From the NCBI RefSeq assembly GCF_001194135.2, contig NC_068994.1, forward strand, positions 22,727,887-22,791,886: a stretch of DNA of 64,000 nucleotides, read 5' to 3'. The translations under genes and the position numbers were made by a program. Positions 22,430-35,570 of the stretch are shown here, piece by piece. Numbering within the stretch: position 1 is the first letter of the stretch; every line of letters starts with the position of its first letter. The notes under the pieces were generated by a model. That model saw nothing but the letters and a program-made list of their open reading frames with translations. It was not told where the DNA came from and ran no database searches. This DNA comes from Octopus bimaculoides. Its lineage: Eukaryota.

Positions 22430-23900
22430 TTCATAACATTAATTCAAGCATGGATAATGTAACATTTTTACAATATTCTCTATCCTTGTCAGCTTCATTA
22501 ATAATCTGCTTTTAAACTGTTTTCAATGTATCGATGTTTTCTCATTCTATTATGCCAAAATTAGAAAATATCGAAAATAGTTATATGATCACAGAAATTA
22601 TTAAGTTCCCAACTCCTACTTTTTGGTGAATAAAATTTACTTTTATATTTGACTGTAAATATATTGCTGTTTTTATCAAATTGTTCCACTTTACATCTTT
22701 ATTTTCACCAAAAGTTTGAAATATCTTCTTTGATTTCATCAAGGTCCGAATTGCATTGAAGCTGGTGTAAATTTAAGTTCCTTTGTGTGTTCATATATTC
22801 TATTAATCTTTTTGAATAAATTTATCATGTCTCTGTTCCTTTCCCTTTGACAGGACCTAAAAAATGGTTTGAATGTTTCGATTGGTTGCCATTTGTCCCA
22901 TTCATATATTTGTTATTGCGATTACCAGAATTACATTGCCTGTTATAATTATTTCCAAAGTTGTTTCTCCAGTAGTTATTTCCAAAATTCTTTCTTCCAT
23001 AATTATTTTCAAACATGTCTCTCTTGTAATTATTCTTTCTCCTTGTGAAAACTAATGATCCCTCATTTTAGATTCTTTTCTTCTTGATAACAATTAGTTT
23101 TTATTCATTGAGTTATTTGTAAATCCATATGAATGTTAGTTTTTATTAAATTCATTATTTGCACTTCATTTGAACTTTTGGCTGTTGTTTCATTCACATT
23201 TTCTAAAGTTTGACTAACATTGTGAGTGTTTTATCATTTACATATAAAACATTATTTGAGGGGGTTCTTTTAATTAATAAGTCCTCCCAAAAATATTCTT
23301 TTCAAAATTACTCTCTGTAACTATGAAACCAGAAGTCCTTTTCTTCCATCTTTGGAGTGAAATAATTTCCTCATTTTTACATTCTTTCCATAGTTTACAG
23401 ATTTTTTTTTTAAGTGTCCCTTCTGCGATCTTGAAGAATTCAATAAACATTTATTCTTCAATTGTCTTATATTTCTCTTTGTTAGTGGCTACCTTTAATC
23501 ATAGTAGTAGTTCTACTTCTCTTCTGAATTTTCTTGGTTCATCTTTCATTGGTTTCAGTTGGAGTCTTCTTGAAAGAATTCTGTGTCAAATTAATTCATT
23601 TCCCATTTGTGTCAGCTTTATTACTGATCTTGACTCTATTCCATTTCAGATGTGTCCAATGTGATTTTTAAACAAAATTATGACCAAGGAATATTTTCAA
23701 CGCTTATATCGCTGATTGTTTTTTTTTGTTTGTTTTTTTGTTCTAGAACAGTTTGATTCATAAATACAGCTCATAGAATTTTGCAACAAATTCTGCCGAA
23801 CCTGCTTGAAATTTATCCTCCTTTCATCTTCATTAACTTCTCTGACAACACAGTCTAGCATATCAACTTTCTCGGCTATTATTGAGTTTCAAACTAATTC
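22430..23900 (-). mobile_element. N-terminal part of the same degenerate Penelope-like ORF (upstream of the RT remnant)
   Basis: Minus-strand remnants LKFTP (about 22770-22785) and IINEADKD (about 22480-22510) resemble the PLE GLKF.P and IIKPADKG motifs. Separated from 20025-20640 by a SINE/microsatellite cluster. Confidence 0.55.
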
Positions 23901-24012
23901 CCTTCAGTTCTTTTAAAACATTTGTTTTTGGAAGCATTTTCTTTCACTCTTGTGGTAATTAATACAGAAAAAAAGTTTCAAACATGCCTCACAAATCAAG
24001 AGATATGGAAAA

Positions 24013-24500
24013 TCTATACATACAAAACACAGGATGTGTGTCTGTGTGTGTGTTTGTCATGTTGTTAAAACTCAAGACCTACCCAACCGATTTTGATGAA
24101 ATTTTACGCATGCATTACACAAGCTCCATGGAATGTCATGGGACAAAACAATTTTCAACTTCTTGTCTAATGTAGGCGCAGGGGCAGATAAACTGCATTT
24201 TTAAAGCAATTTCACAGCATTAAGGCCTGTAACTTGGAAAGTGTCCACTTGCTTTCCTCCAAATTTGCAACAAACATCAATCAGGCTCCTTGAATTGCTG
24301 CTGACTTAAAAAACTGTCCGACGCTGACTATGGGCCCCCCAAAAATGCAGATTAATCAGATTTGAGTATACTGCACTGGGTTTTATCTTTGTTTTAGGCC
24401 ATTTTCCAACGATAAAATACTGATACTACTTATGCATTATAAGTAGCATATAACATTTCATGAAAACCTTTTTGTCTAATTTGGCAGAGGAAATGCGAAG
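24013..24500 (+). mobile_element. Helitron-like non-autonomous element (5' end)
   Basis: A|TCTATACATACAAAA start, then GTGTGTCTGTGTGTG and AACCGATTTTGATGAAATTT; 3' CTAG/hairpin end not identified. Confidence 0.45.
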
Positions 24501-24924
24501 AACATTAAAATTTTTGTCAGTGCCCTGTTGATACTTCATGTTACCATCCTGTGCACCACTAGGTCATGCACGTGTGTGTGCGGCTGGGTAAAGGCACAAC
24601 AAACCCATTCATCCATTCTCCAGAAGTGCCCTGTTGATGTTTCACATTTCCAATCCTGCACTACACAGCACGGCCCAACAGCATGTCTGCTTTCTATGTC
24701 ATCCATGTCTGAACTATACAAGGCAAAATGTTCATACAAAAAAAAAAAAAAAACTTGNNNNNNNNNNNNNNNNNNNNNNNNNNNNNNNNNNNNNNNNNNN
24801 NNNNNNNNNNNNNNNNNNNNNNNNNNNNNNNNNNNNNNNNNNNNNNNNNNNNNNNNNNNNNNNNNNNNNNNNNNNNNNNNNNNNNNNNNNNNNNNNNNNN
24901 NNNNNNNNNNNNNNNNGGAGTAAA

Positions 24925-25413
24925 TACAGGGCGTCCCAGAATTAATGATGAGTTGAGTGAAATCGGATGCATTTTTTTTAAAACCCATTTTTATCATGTT
25001 TATCATGTTCAATATATGTTAAAAGTGTATAAATTTTGAATTTTGTTTATAATTTTATTTTCATTCCTGTTGGACCCCTCTTATTTGTCCATGACAGCTT
25101 TTCTTTTCAATTTGGCTGCAATCATTTTCTTTACCTTCATCCCCATGATGGAGCAATCGTTCAGCTGAGCTTAAAGAACACATTCAGTTAGCAGTTCAGG
25201 AGCTAACTCCTGAAATGCTTCAAAATGTGTTCCACAATGCTAAGGAGAGATTTGAAGTGTGCAGAGATACAGACATGTTAAAAATTTTCAATAAAAGTTT
25301 GATGTAAAATTTATAAATCTATTTATTTTGGTAATAAACATAAAATTATGTTAGTTTTTGAAAAATTTGCTCAATTTCATTGAAACAGATAGTTAATTCT
25401 GGAACACCCTGTA
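24925..25413 (+). mobile_element. Tc1/mariner-superfamily non-autonomous element
   Basis: TA|CAGGGCGTCCCAGAATTAA ... TTAATTCTGGAACACCCTG|TA (17/19 TIR match, TA TSD); internal transposase C-terminal remnant ELKEHIQLAVQELTPEMLQNVFHNAKERFEVC. Confidence 0.88.
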
Positions 25414-25539
25414 AGGTGTAGTGTTGTTAGTTGTGTTGCTCGAGTAATTATTAAAATCAAAGGTCTTCTCGTAAAGATCCCATCTTTTTGTTAAACATAT
25501 AGTGTCAAGGAGCATATTATCCAAAATGTATCTCTCCTT

Positions 25540-25660
25540 TATAGGCATGGCTGTGGTTGAGAAGCCTGCTTTCCAACCATGTTACCTTGGGTCCAGTCCC
25601 ACTGTGCGGCACGTTGGGCAATTCTCTTTCATTACAGCTCCACGCTGACCAAAGCTTTGT
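25540..25660 (+). mobile_element. 5' head of CORE-type tRNA SINE
   Basis: GGCATGGCTGTGGTTGAGAAGCCTGCTTTCCAACCATG...GGGTCCAGTCCCACTGTGCGGCACGTTGGGCAA. Confidence 0.75.
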
Positions 25661-26049
25661 GTATTATAAAATTGCCATTACTGTATTGATACTTCACCAA
25701 ACAATATACGGAGTTCCTCAAGCATGTTTCTAAATGTATATATGTTGCATGAAATGGGCCTTAAACGTGTTCACTGTGAACCTAATATACATTTTGGTAG
25801 TGTCGCCACTGCTATATACTTTGGCCTTACAAATTCTTTAGAGACACATTTATTTTTGAGTGGACATTGTGACCTGTCTCTGTAACTACAACCCAATGAA
25901 TTTGAATTGTTAATGTCTATGGTTGCTTTGTTTTGATTCAATATTTGTTGTCAAGGCAGGTATGGCTGACCTTAACTGTATTCTAATTAAATATTTTACT
26001 GTATCTGCGTGAACTAGAGAAGTACCTTTTCTTTTGAGGGTAAGAAAGC

Positions 26050-26225
26050 ATCCACTTATATATGGGAGAATATACAAATAATAACAACAGACGAGGACAG
26101 GTGGTGTAAATAACAAAAGTATATATTAGTATGACGCTCGGGAATACGGAAAGTCTTTGACGTTTCGAGCTACGCTCTTCAACAGAAAGAATACGGAGAC
26201 AAGGAGAAAAACACGGAGAAAAAAA
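26050..26225 (-). mobile_element. Penelope-type terminal-repeat fragment with hammerhead-like variant
   Basis: Second copy at 42375-42530. Minus strand reads CTTTCTG TTGAAGA GCGTAGCTC GAAA CG TC AAAG (26153-26194). Confidence 0.6.
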
Positions 26226-28991
26226 TTATACATTACTGCAGTAGGGTGGGTTAAACCATATCACCTTTCTGATCTTGGACTGATGTTTCTTGATGGGAAT
26301 ACACTCAAAGTACCTTATATAATTGAGAAAAACACTTTTTGGTCAGCATATTCTTGCAATATTCAGTTCTGTTGAATTTGTTGAATAGCAAGAGTAATAA
26401 GAGACTGATTCGACCGAAATATAATTATCATTAGTCTGAATATCCTTTCCTCTGACAGTCAACACTAAACGTGTGTATCAGTGATAATACATGTGTGCGT
26501 GTAAGATATACACAAACGCTACACAGCAAATAGATCTCCGATGCCTACAATAAGTATTCAGTTGTTTGATCAACTGAGCTACATGATCATTAAATTATCA
26601 GGTAAAGGGTTTACTATTATATTGAAAGTACAATCAGGTTGACTCAGTATGACACTGTATGTGACAATGTAGGTCCTTCGAAATGCAAGTACAAACCTTC
26701 TGGGTTTCCGCACAGTTTCCACCCGTCCAATTTTCCCAAACTAATGTGTTAACTATTCGGTCATATAATATACAAATATACACGTGCGCGCACACATATA
26801 TATAAACACATACATGTGTGTGATTGCAAATGATCGTTCTATAAGAAACTGAATTTTATTCAATGAAAGAAAATGTAAAAATACAATAAAATGAAATACT
26901 AAAATCATTAAAAAAATTACCAATATTCATTATTGCATTACAAGATGTAGATATTGATTGAATATTCATAATTGGACATCCATTGAAAAGTAAGTTATCG
27001 AAAATCAAATTTAATTATTTCACTGAAAAAAATGGAACAGGAAAAAAAAAGGTTTCAAAAAAATACATTCCGGTGTGGTTGTTCAAGAGGTGTCCATTAT
27101 CAGATGCCCGGTTTCGTATGAGTGTTTGATGTTCCAAAAGAATTAACTTTAGGTAAAGTGCCAGGGATATTCGGTTAAAATGAAAACAAAAAAGAAGAAG
27201 AAAGGAAAAATAAGAAAGAAAGAAATTTTATTCTCAAATATATTAAAACTCGTGAATGAAAGTAACAACACATATTGAACGAAGACGATGAATTACGTGA
27301 GCTCCCTATTCATTGTTTAGTGGACGGATACAAAGTGAGGGATCCAAAGCAAGTTTTTCCCTCAACGATCACCAGTGAATTCCAATGTCATCTCATGACT
27401 TCGATTACACTGTTGGTGGTGACTATTCATTTCTTTATTTATAAAAGGTAAACTGAAACGGTTTTCTCTCCCTTTTCACACTGCTGTTTCTTGTTTATTT
27501 TATTTTATTTTTTTAATATTTTTCAATGTGGAGATTTTGTTTATAATGAAATGTGGAAGATGGTGGGAGAAAGAATAAGAAAATTAGTGTAATTATGTAT
27601 GGATGTGTCAATGCTTACTGGTCCTGTTCCCTCTCATCTCTCTTATCATTTCTCTTAAACAAACGTACCTCTCTCCCCACCTCTTTCTAACGATGTATAT
27701 ATTTTTTAAATCTCCAAAATGTATCGTGTTTCATATTCTTGCTATTCGGACTAAACATCAACTCGCGTTACGTTTCTGCTGAAGATTATATAGGGAAATT
27801 TTACGATTGACTTTTTCTTTGTAAAAATATGTTAATAAATAAATAAATAAGTAAATAATAATAACAACAACAACGACAAGACATAATAATTAAAGAAAAT
27901 AGAACAAAAAACAAGATGCATTTCATTTTACCCTTATTCTAACATAGCCTGTAAATTATTTTCGTGATTTCTACCCTACGAATAAAGTAGCCAGTTTGAT
28001 GTCACAGAAATCATCTTGTCTTGGATGGTCGTGTATATTCAAATCTGGATTTGAAGTGCTTTACTTTTAGTCGCAGAGTGTATTATTCATATTAAATCTG
28101 TATCCGTTACGATAATTAGGGATAAAAAATATATATGTACTACATATCGATAATCACTTTACAAAGATTAACAGAATTTGATTTAATTTCTACGGAAATG
28201 AAGGCCCCAAAGCAAATTATGTCATAATTTTTTTTTTAATGTCTAAGTATCTGAAAACTCCTACAGTTGTCAACAAATTAGATTTTCGTTTTCAACAAAG
28301 AGAAATATTTAGAAGTTCCTTTCAACTTTTATAAACTATTTTGATATAACATGAAAAGAAATTAAAATGAACAGGTGGTAGATTATTAGGTAAAATTTAC
28401 CGATTCTTCGCTATGGGGATTACTTCACAGCATATATTAGCATTTGTCAAATGCTAATGCATTCCTATGGAAGAAATGCTATTTCATAATATATACATGT
28501 GACAGAATGGTTAAGCATACGCAATCACCATTTAAAAAATTACACTCGGTTAAAAAACACAACTGTTTGGTATCTATCTATCTTTCTTTCTTTCCTTCTT
28601 TCCATCGATATATATCTAAAAACGTGTGTATATATTGGTGTATGTAAAAATATTGCTTGTATGTACATATGCATGTATGTGTGTGCGTGCGCGCGCGTAT
28701 GTATGTGTATGTATTTGAAAAGCTTTTTTCAATATGAAAAATTAATACTTATGTAAAATAAAATCTTTAATGAAATAGATTTATATAAACGTGTTCTATC
28801 AAGTGTCTGCTAATAGTGTTTTTAAAGATGTTCTTTTTTCATAAATTAGTACTTTAAAATTGGAAATCTTTCAAATATTATGACTTTAGCAAGAAATATT
28901 TTAAAAATAAATTTTAAATATATACATGTATATACATATATGTTTATATGTGTATGCTTGTTTGTGTGTGAATGTGTGTACATGTATGTAC

Positions 28992-30470
28992 CAATTTGTC
29001 CACGAGGGAATGATATCCATCGACTAGTGTAGCAGCATTACAGTCAACTGCTACTAAGATAAAGGTGATAGAAATAATTACTGAGGTATCAAATTGCTGG
29101 ACCAAGTCATGAAAGTTACAGAAAAGGTCAAAGCTCAACTAATTAGGAAGAGAGTTAGCCTAGATGAGATGCAGTTTGGTTTTGTGCCTGGGAGAATCAC
29201 TACTGATATATTTGTGCCTGGAAGAAGCACTACTGATATTCCTGGTAAGGCAACTGCAGGAGAAGCATCTTGCCAAAAATAAACATCTCTACTTGGCTTT
29301 TGTTGACATGGAGCAAGCCTTTGACTGGGTCCCCCATTCCCTTATCTGGTGGTCAATGCAGAAGCTAGAGCTAGATAAGCGGTTGGTGAGAGCTATACAA
29401 ACTATGTACAGGGATATCATCAGTAAGGTGAAAGTCAGCAGTAAGGAATTTATGTACAGATAGGAGTTCACCAAGGATGGTTCTCAGCCTACTCTTGTTT
29501 ATCATAGTTCTTCAGGGTATAATGGAAGAAATTAAGACTGGCTGTCCTTGGGAGATGCTCTATGCTAATGACCTTGTTCTTATAAGTGAATCACTACCAG
29601 AACTGGAGAAGAAATTTCAGGTGTGGTAGCAAGGTCTGGAATCAAAAGTTAATTTAGCAAAGACCAAGGTCCTAGTAAGTAGGAAAAACAGAAAAATTAC
29701 TAATCCCTTTGGGAAGATGGCTCTGCTTGATATATAGAAAAGGTGTAGGAAGAAATTCTATATAGTGTACCTAGTGCAAACTATGGACATAAGAGGTGCA
29801 GTGGTATCATAGGAGATTAATAGAGAAAGCAGCTTTTGTGTTCAGGTACAATAAACACTGAGAATACACAGAAAATAGACTACTCAAATGTCTGAGGGTA
29901 TCCCTAGAAATAGTAGACAACTTCTGTTACCTAGGTAACCAAGTTAGCAGTAGAGGAGGATACTCTAAAAGTGTAGTTGATTGAATAAGAATGGGCTGGG
30001 TAAAATTCAGAGAGCTACTACCATTGTTGGTAATAAAGGGCCCCTCCCTCAGAGTGAAAGGCAGATTGTATGATGCCTGTGTATGAACAGCTATGCTACA
30101 TGGCAGTGAAACATGGGTAGTGACTACAGAGAGCATGTGAAGGCTTGATAGAAATGAAGCCAGCATGCTCCACTGGATGTGCAATGTCAGTGTGCATGTA
30201 TGACAGAGCATAAGTGTTTTAAGAGAAAAATTGGGTATGAGAGGCATTAGATGTAGTGTGCCAGAGAGAAGACTGTGCTGGTATGGTCATGTGATGCATA
30301 TGGATGAGGACATTTGCATAAAGAAGTGCTGATCTCTAATTGTGGAAAAAGTAAACCCAGAAAGATATGGAATGAAGTGGGGAAAAAGGATCTTCAGATG
30401 TGGAGCCTCACAGAGGAAACGACAAGGGGCCAAAATGTCTGGTGATTTACTGTACTTGAGAAGACATGTT
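28992..30470 (+). mobile_element. Degenerate RTE-clade LINE (RT domain to end of ORF2)
   Basis: LDQVMKV..LIRKRVSLDEMQFGFVPG, LYLAFVDMEQAFDWVP, LYANDL, GRWLCLIYRKGVGRN; frameshifted. Confidence 0.9.
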
Positions 30471-30834
30471 AAATAGTAAAATAGTGGTCATCCATACATG
30501 CAGGTGTGTCCTTTATGACCATGTTCTCCCTCACACATACACGCATAATCAGTCTTCTGTCAAAACACTCCTACTACCCATCTTCCCAATACCCCCATCT
30601 CACTAATCATGGTCACCACCCACTGTAGGCCCCTCCACTCTCCCTCATGTGCCTATCTGTGCACTCTCCATATTCTAACATATCTACTATACCCTGCTCT
30701 CTCTGCCACTCCATTTTCTCTCACCATCGCTTGCTACATGTCTTCTCCATCTCCAAACATCTGCCCTCACACTCTTATGGAACATCCCCTTCTATCCCCT
30801 TTGTATACTACATGTACTCCCCTATGAGGGCACA

Positions 30835-31130
30835 CTACTTAATGTTTAGAGTACTTGGTTCACAATCATAAGGTTGTGATTTTGATTCCTGGTGGTGCAT
30901 TATGTTCTTGAGCAAGACCTTTGCTCTAATCCACTCAGCTACCACAAATGAGTAGTACCTGTATTTCAGAGGGCCAGCCTTGTTACATTTTGTGTAATGC
31001 TGAATCCCACTGAGAACTACATTAAGAATACATGTATCTGTGGAGTGCTCAGCCACTTGTACATTAATTTCACAAGCAGGCTGTTCCATTGATCAGATCA
31101 ACTGGAACCCTTGTCATAACTGACAGAGAG
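30835..31130 (+). mobile_element. tRNA-derived CORE-like SINE (third family)
   Basis: tRNA-like head with B-box-like TTTTGATTCC, then GCATTATGTTCTTGAGCAAGAC (CORE-like); partial minus copy near 26640-26700. Confidence 0.7.
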
Positions 31131-32190
31131 CCAATTATACTCCCCTCCACTGTTCCCTCTAGATAGGTCCAATATATCCCCGGCACCATTTATTTCACTT
31201 TCTCTCCTCTTCCCTGTCCTATTGGGGTATCCACATATCTCCCCTATAGTAAGACAACTTTCTCTGTCCCTCTGTTGTACTGTACCTTTCACCTGGCTCA
31301 CACACACTTCCCTTGGTTCCACTTCCTCTCTCAGCTGAGAGGTCTTTGTCTTGTAAGCTACTTAGTGATCCCTCTGGTGCTGGTGCCAAGCAAAAAGCAC
31401 CCAATACACTGTGTGTGTGTGTATGTCTTATTTCAGTTTAATTTAGCTCCATGCAATTTAATGTTTCATAGATTCCGTACAGAAACCTATACTGTCAGAC
31501 TCAATTAACTAAATGGAGAGGTGCAGCAAGTCCAAGAAGACTACTCGAAACTGGCCTGCTATTGGTCAAGATGGGTTACATAGTATTAGAAGTGGAACTG
31601 AAATTCCAGCAACACCAAATAGACTAAAAAAAAAATTTCTTGGACTGCATGGCTGGACATGAAGTTGTTGGAGCCCTGCTGCCTGGCTGGTCTTTAAAGG
31701 GTTTTGTGCAACATTGGCTGGTGAGTGTGTGTGTGTGTCTATATACCTGCTGTATGAGTGCATAGATATGAGTGTCTGATGCCTATATATATGTATCACT
31801 GTTCTGTGAGTGTGGGTGAGAGCTGGTGGCATCAGCTCGCTGGTGTGTTTGTTAGGGTGTGTGTACATATGGGTGCAGATGCATATCAGTCATGTGCATG
31901 TTTATATGGGTGTATGTGTTAGTTGTGTATATTGGCTGTGTGTATTAGTTGTGCATATGCATGTATATGTGTCTATGCAAATAGGGGTTTATTGGTCTCT
32001 GTACGTGTGTGTGTGCATGTCCAGGTTTAGGATGCCTGTATGGGTGTGTGTGCATATGGATGTTTGGTGAATGTATGTACATTCCTGTATTTATACGTGT
32101 ATATATAAATGTGTGCATGTCTATTTGAATGGAGATGTGTATTATTTATGTGTGTGTGCATAGGTGTATATGTATGCAAATATATATGTA

Positions 32191-33064
32191 AACAAGGTTG
32201 TATCAAAAAGTTCCTGGACTAGTTATGTTTAATAAAAAATAACTTATCTCCTTCAAAATAGTCACCTTGTGCACCAATACACTGGTCCCAGCATTTCTGC
32301 CACTTTTGGAATCTGGCCTGGAAGTTATTTTCTGAAAGCGAGTCGAGGACCTTCTGAGATTCATTCTTGATCTCAATGATAGTATTAAAATGGCAATCTT
32401 TGAGCTGCATTTTCATCTTGGGGAAGAGATGGAAGTCTGTAGGTGCTAAATCAGGTGAATAGGCTGGATGTGGAAGAGAGAAGTGATACCATGTTGTTTT
32501 TGGTGAGGAGAATCCAGTGACAGTGCATTGTTGTCATGAAAAGTCCAATTTTTCATGCTGCACAGATCCAGTCACTTTTGTCAAATCTTCTCCCTCAAAC
32601 TCTTCAAAACATTGTTAATTGTCCTCCGATGATCCTCACGCACAAGCTGAGAAGTTTTCTCCACATTTTCAGGGGTGATGCTCATGGTAGGTCTTCCAGA
32701 TCGCTCATCATCCAGAGACATTCTTCCACTTTTGAAGCACCAGTGCTACTCAAAACATTTCGTACGACCCATTGCCTTGTCACTGTAAGCTTACCAAAGC
32801 ATGCTCATTGTCTCTGTAGCAGACTTCTCAAGTTTAACATAAAATTTCACATTGGCTCTTTGTTCCAACTTCCTTTCCATGACAAAAACCACAGACTACA
32901 GGATACATGTGATCATAAAAACACAAATTTCACAACTTGTGAAATAAACACAGTGATGTCACTTAGCACACACTCTCATGAAGGTCACTGCTAGCTCTCA
33001 CTGTGTCTGCTATCTGTTGGCATGCTACAGAACTAGTCCAAGAATTTTTTGATACTACTTTGTA
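32191..33064 (-). mobile_element. Internally deleted mariner (DD34D) element, about 870 bp
   Basis: TIRs ACAAGGTTGTATCAAAAAGTTCCTGGACTAG and CTAGTCCAAGAATTTTTTGATACTACTTTGTA. Transposase N-terminus (KLEQRANVKF, DDERSGRPST) is joined to the C-terminus (HPAYSPDLAPTDF, WQKCWDQCIGAQGDYFEGD). Confidence 0.9.
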
Positions 33065-33074
33065 TATATAGATA

Positions 33075-33136
<62 letters not shown>

Positions 33137-33849
33137 AACATCATCATTTAACATCCATGGTCCCTGCTGGCATGGGTTGAACAGTTTGGCAGGATCCGAT
33201 TAGTCCAAGGACTGCATCATGCTCCAGTGTCTGCTCTGGCATGCTTTTTTGTACAACTGGATGCCCTCTCCAATGTCAGCTTTTCAGGGAATGGGAGAAT
33301 GAGTGTGGGTAAGCAACAACTTTAAAGGTTAGACAGGGTTGAAGGGTGACTGTAGGAAATGGTGGTTAAGGGGTTGGGGATAACCAATGATGCATGAGTG
33401 TGGAAGGCAGAGGGCTGCAAAAGAGAGTGAGGGAAGAGCAGGATAGTAATAGTGGTACAGTTGACAAGAGGAGGACAAGAGAGAGATGACATATGATTGG
33501 GTAGGTTGCAAGAGTAGGGGTAGGATAGAAACAGGTGTGGTACATGAGGAGGGATAATTTGTTGGCTCTTTGGAGGAGGGCAGGATGATCAATGTAATGT
33601 GTGGCTGGAGAGAACAGTATTAATAGATGAAGAATGGATAAGCGAAATGGTTCCATGTAGCAAGAAAAATATATTATCAAGAGTGAGTTGCAGTGAGAGA
33701 GATGATAGGTAGAGGGGGTGATTTGAGGAGATTGGGCAAAAGGCCCATTTGTGCACACGCGCACACACACACACACACACATGCACTGTACTTCTAGAAT
33801 TCAGTTTTGCAGAGGTGTGTGGGTCTTGTGTATCATCAGTCATCTCAGT

Positions 33850-34330
33850 CTTTTGTTATCTCTTTGAAGCTTAGACTCCTGGGGTCAACCTTCACCACTT
33901 TATCTTGGGTCTCCTTCCTCTGCAATCTTCATTCATATTAAGCATTGGCACTTCTTTATACAGCTGTCCTTATCCGTATGCATCACAATTCCATACCAGC
34001 GCAGTCTTCTTTCTTGCACACTACATCTGATTCTTCTTATGTTCAGCTTTTCTCTCATCACATTTGTAATGTCATTCATGCAAATTACATTGCACATCCA
34101 TTGGAGCATGCTCAATTCATTTTTTCTAGTCTTCTCAAGTCCCTTGCATTCAAAGTACTATCATGCAGCATTGCAGTTCTAATACATGCATCATACAATT
34201 TACCCTCCAGTCTGAAGGGAAAAAAAACCTATTGTTGCCAACAGCAGTGGTAGCTTCCTGAACTTTCTCCAGTCTTTCTGCAGGGTACAATACTTTTGGA
34301 GCAACCACCTCCCTTGCTAATTACATCTAT
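33850..34330 (-). mobile_element. RTE LINE ORF2 C-terminal remnant
   Basis: MLQWMCNV..REKLNIRRIRCSVQERRLRWYG. Confidence 0.85.
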
Positions 34331-34519
34331 TAGCTAACAAAAGCTATGAACTACTTCTAATGGGCCATCAAGGCATTCAAAAGGGTTTGTTTCCAATGTT
34401 TTCATTGGCCTGTAGAGCCAGTGAACACATTGGAAACTTACTCTTTTGAGGTTCTGATGCTTTGATGAATAGGAAGGGACTGATGACTTGTGTTTGTGGA
34501 TGGATAATAGATAAGATGT

Positions 34520-34564
34520 GGTGCTGATGAAGGAGCAATAATTCCTGAAATATGCATATACACC
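34520..34564 (+). ncRNA. Minimal type-I hammerhead ribozyme motif
   Basis: GGTG-CTGATGA-AGGA gcaataat TCCT-GAAA-TATGCATA-TA-CACC. Stem I GGTG/CACC, stem II AGGA/TCCT, palindromic helix III ATATGCATAT, AUA cleavage triplet (after 34560). Confidence 0.85.
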
Positions 34565-34699
34565 GATTACCTTGGTGGAATTTGGACTTAGAATGTAAAG
34601 ATGGATGAAATCCCACTAAGCATTTTGCCTGATATGTCAACAATTCTGCTAGATTGCTGCCCACCCCAGTAGTAATATCGAGAACAACTTGTTTTAATG

Positions 34700-35570
34700 A
34701 TGAAAACAGTCCAGATAGCTCTGAAATTTCTGTTGGAAGATCTAATCCAAACCTTGAAACTTGAAAAACAGACCTTTATCTAGTAAGAGTAATAAGACTA
34801 AATATAAATATGCCTAGCCCTGCAATGATCATAACTACCACACCCCAACTAATAGCAATAGAACAGCATTAACCATAGGGAAGATAAATTTTGTAAACCC
34901 ATCCCACTCTGATTTCAAGTAACCTCTGATGATCCTGGAATTGTCTTCTGGGCATTGAAGAGGCACTTTCCCCCTTCTAATAAGTATTACGAAATATTTA
35001 ATAGCATATTGTGAAATTAGCACAGTCTACCACACCTTATCTACCTCACAATATACCCACAGCCAACAATAAAAAATTAATTAGTATTGATCATCCTAGT
35101 AATTGATGTAACTCTAGCTCCTTGTTAATATATCTCTCTCTGACAATATTATTGGTTTAGAGCCCCCTCCTAACAATAACGTTAATACTGCAATGATTAA
35201 TGTTTCACCAATTAATAGCTATAATAAGATGTGTAATTTCAAGGATCAATGTAAGTGCCCTCTAAGTAAGCAGTGCAAATTTAGTATATAAATGTTCTGT
35301 TCAAGCACCTATAGACTGTTATATAGATTCCACAGCATCTAATTTGGATCTATGTAGACTAGTTATATACATTCTTTTAATAACAAATAGTAATAGCACT
35401 TCATTAACTAAATTTATTTTAGATTTCAAGGAAAGAGATATTTCTCTATTTCTAGTTAATTATACATACTGCAGTTATACATACAAAGGGGTTTGGAGTA
35501 GGTGTAATTTGTTTTCTATGAAGGCAGTAGAAATCATAATGTGTGAATTTGGTCTTATTTATAAACAAAT
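34700..35570 (+). mobile_element. Highly degenerate Penelope-like C-terminal/GIY-YIG endonuclease remnant
   Basis: LKRHFPPSNKYYEIFN, CNFKDQCKCPLSKQC, STSLTKFILDFKERDI and SRCNLFSMKA parallel the motifs in the 36739 ORF. Confidence 0.7.
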
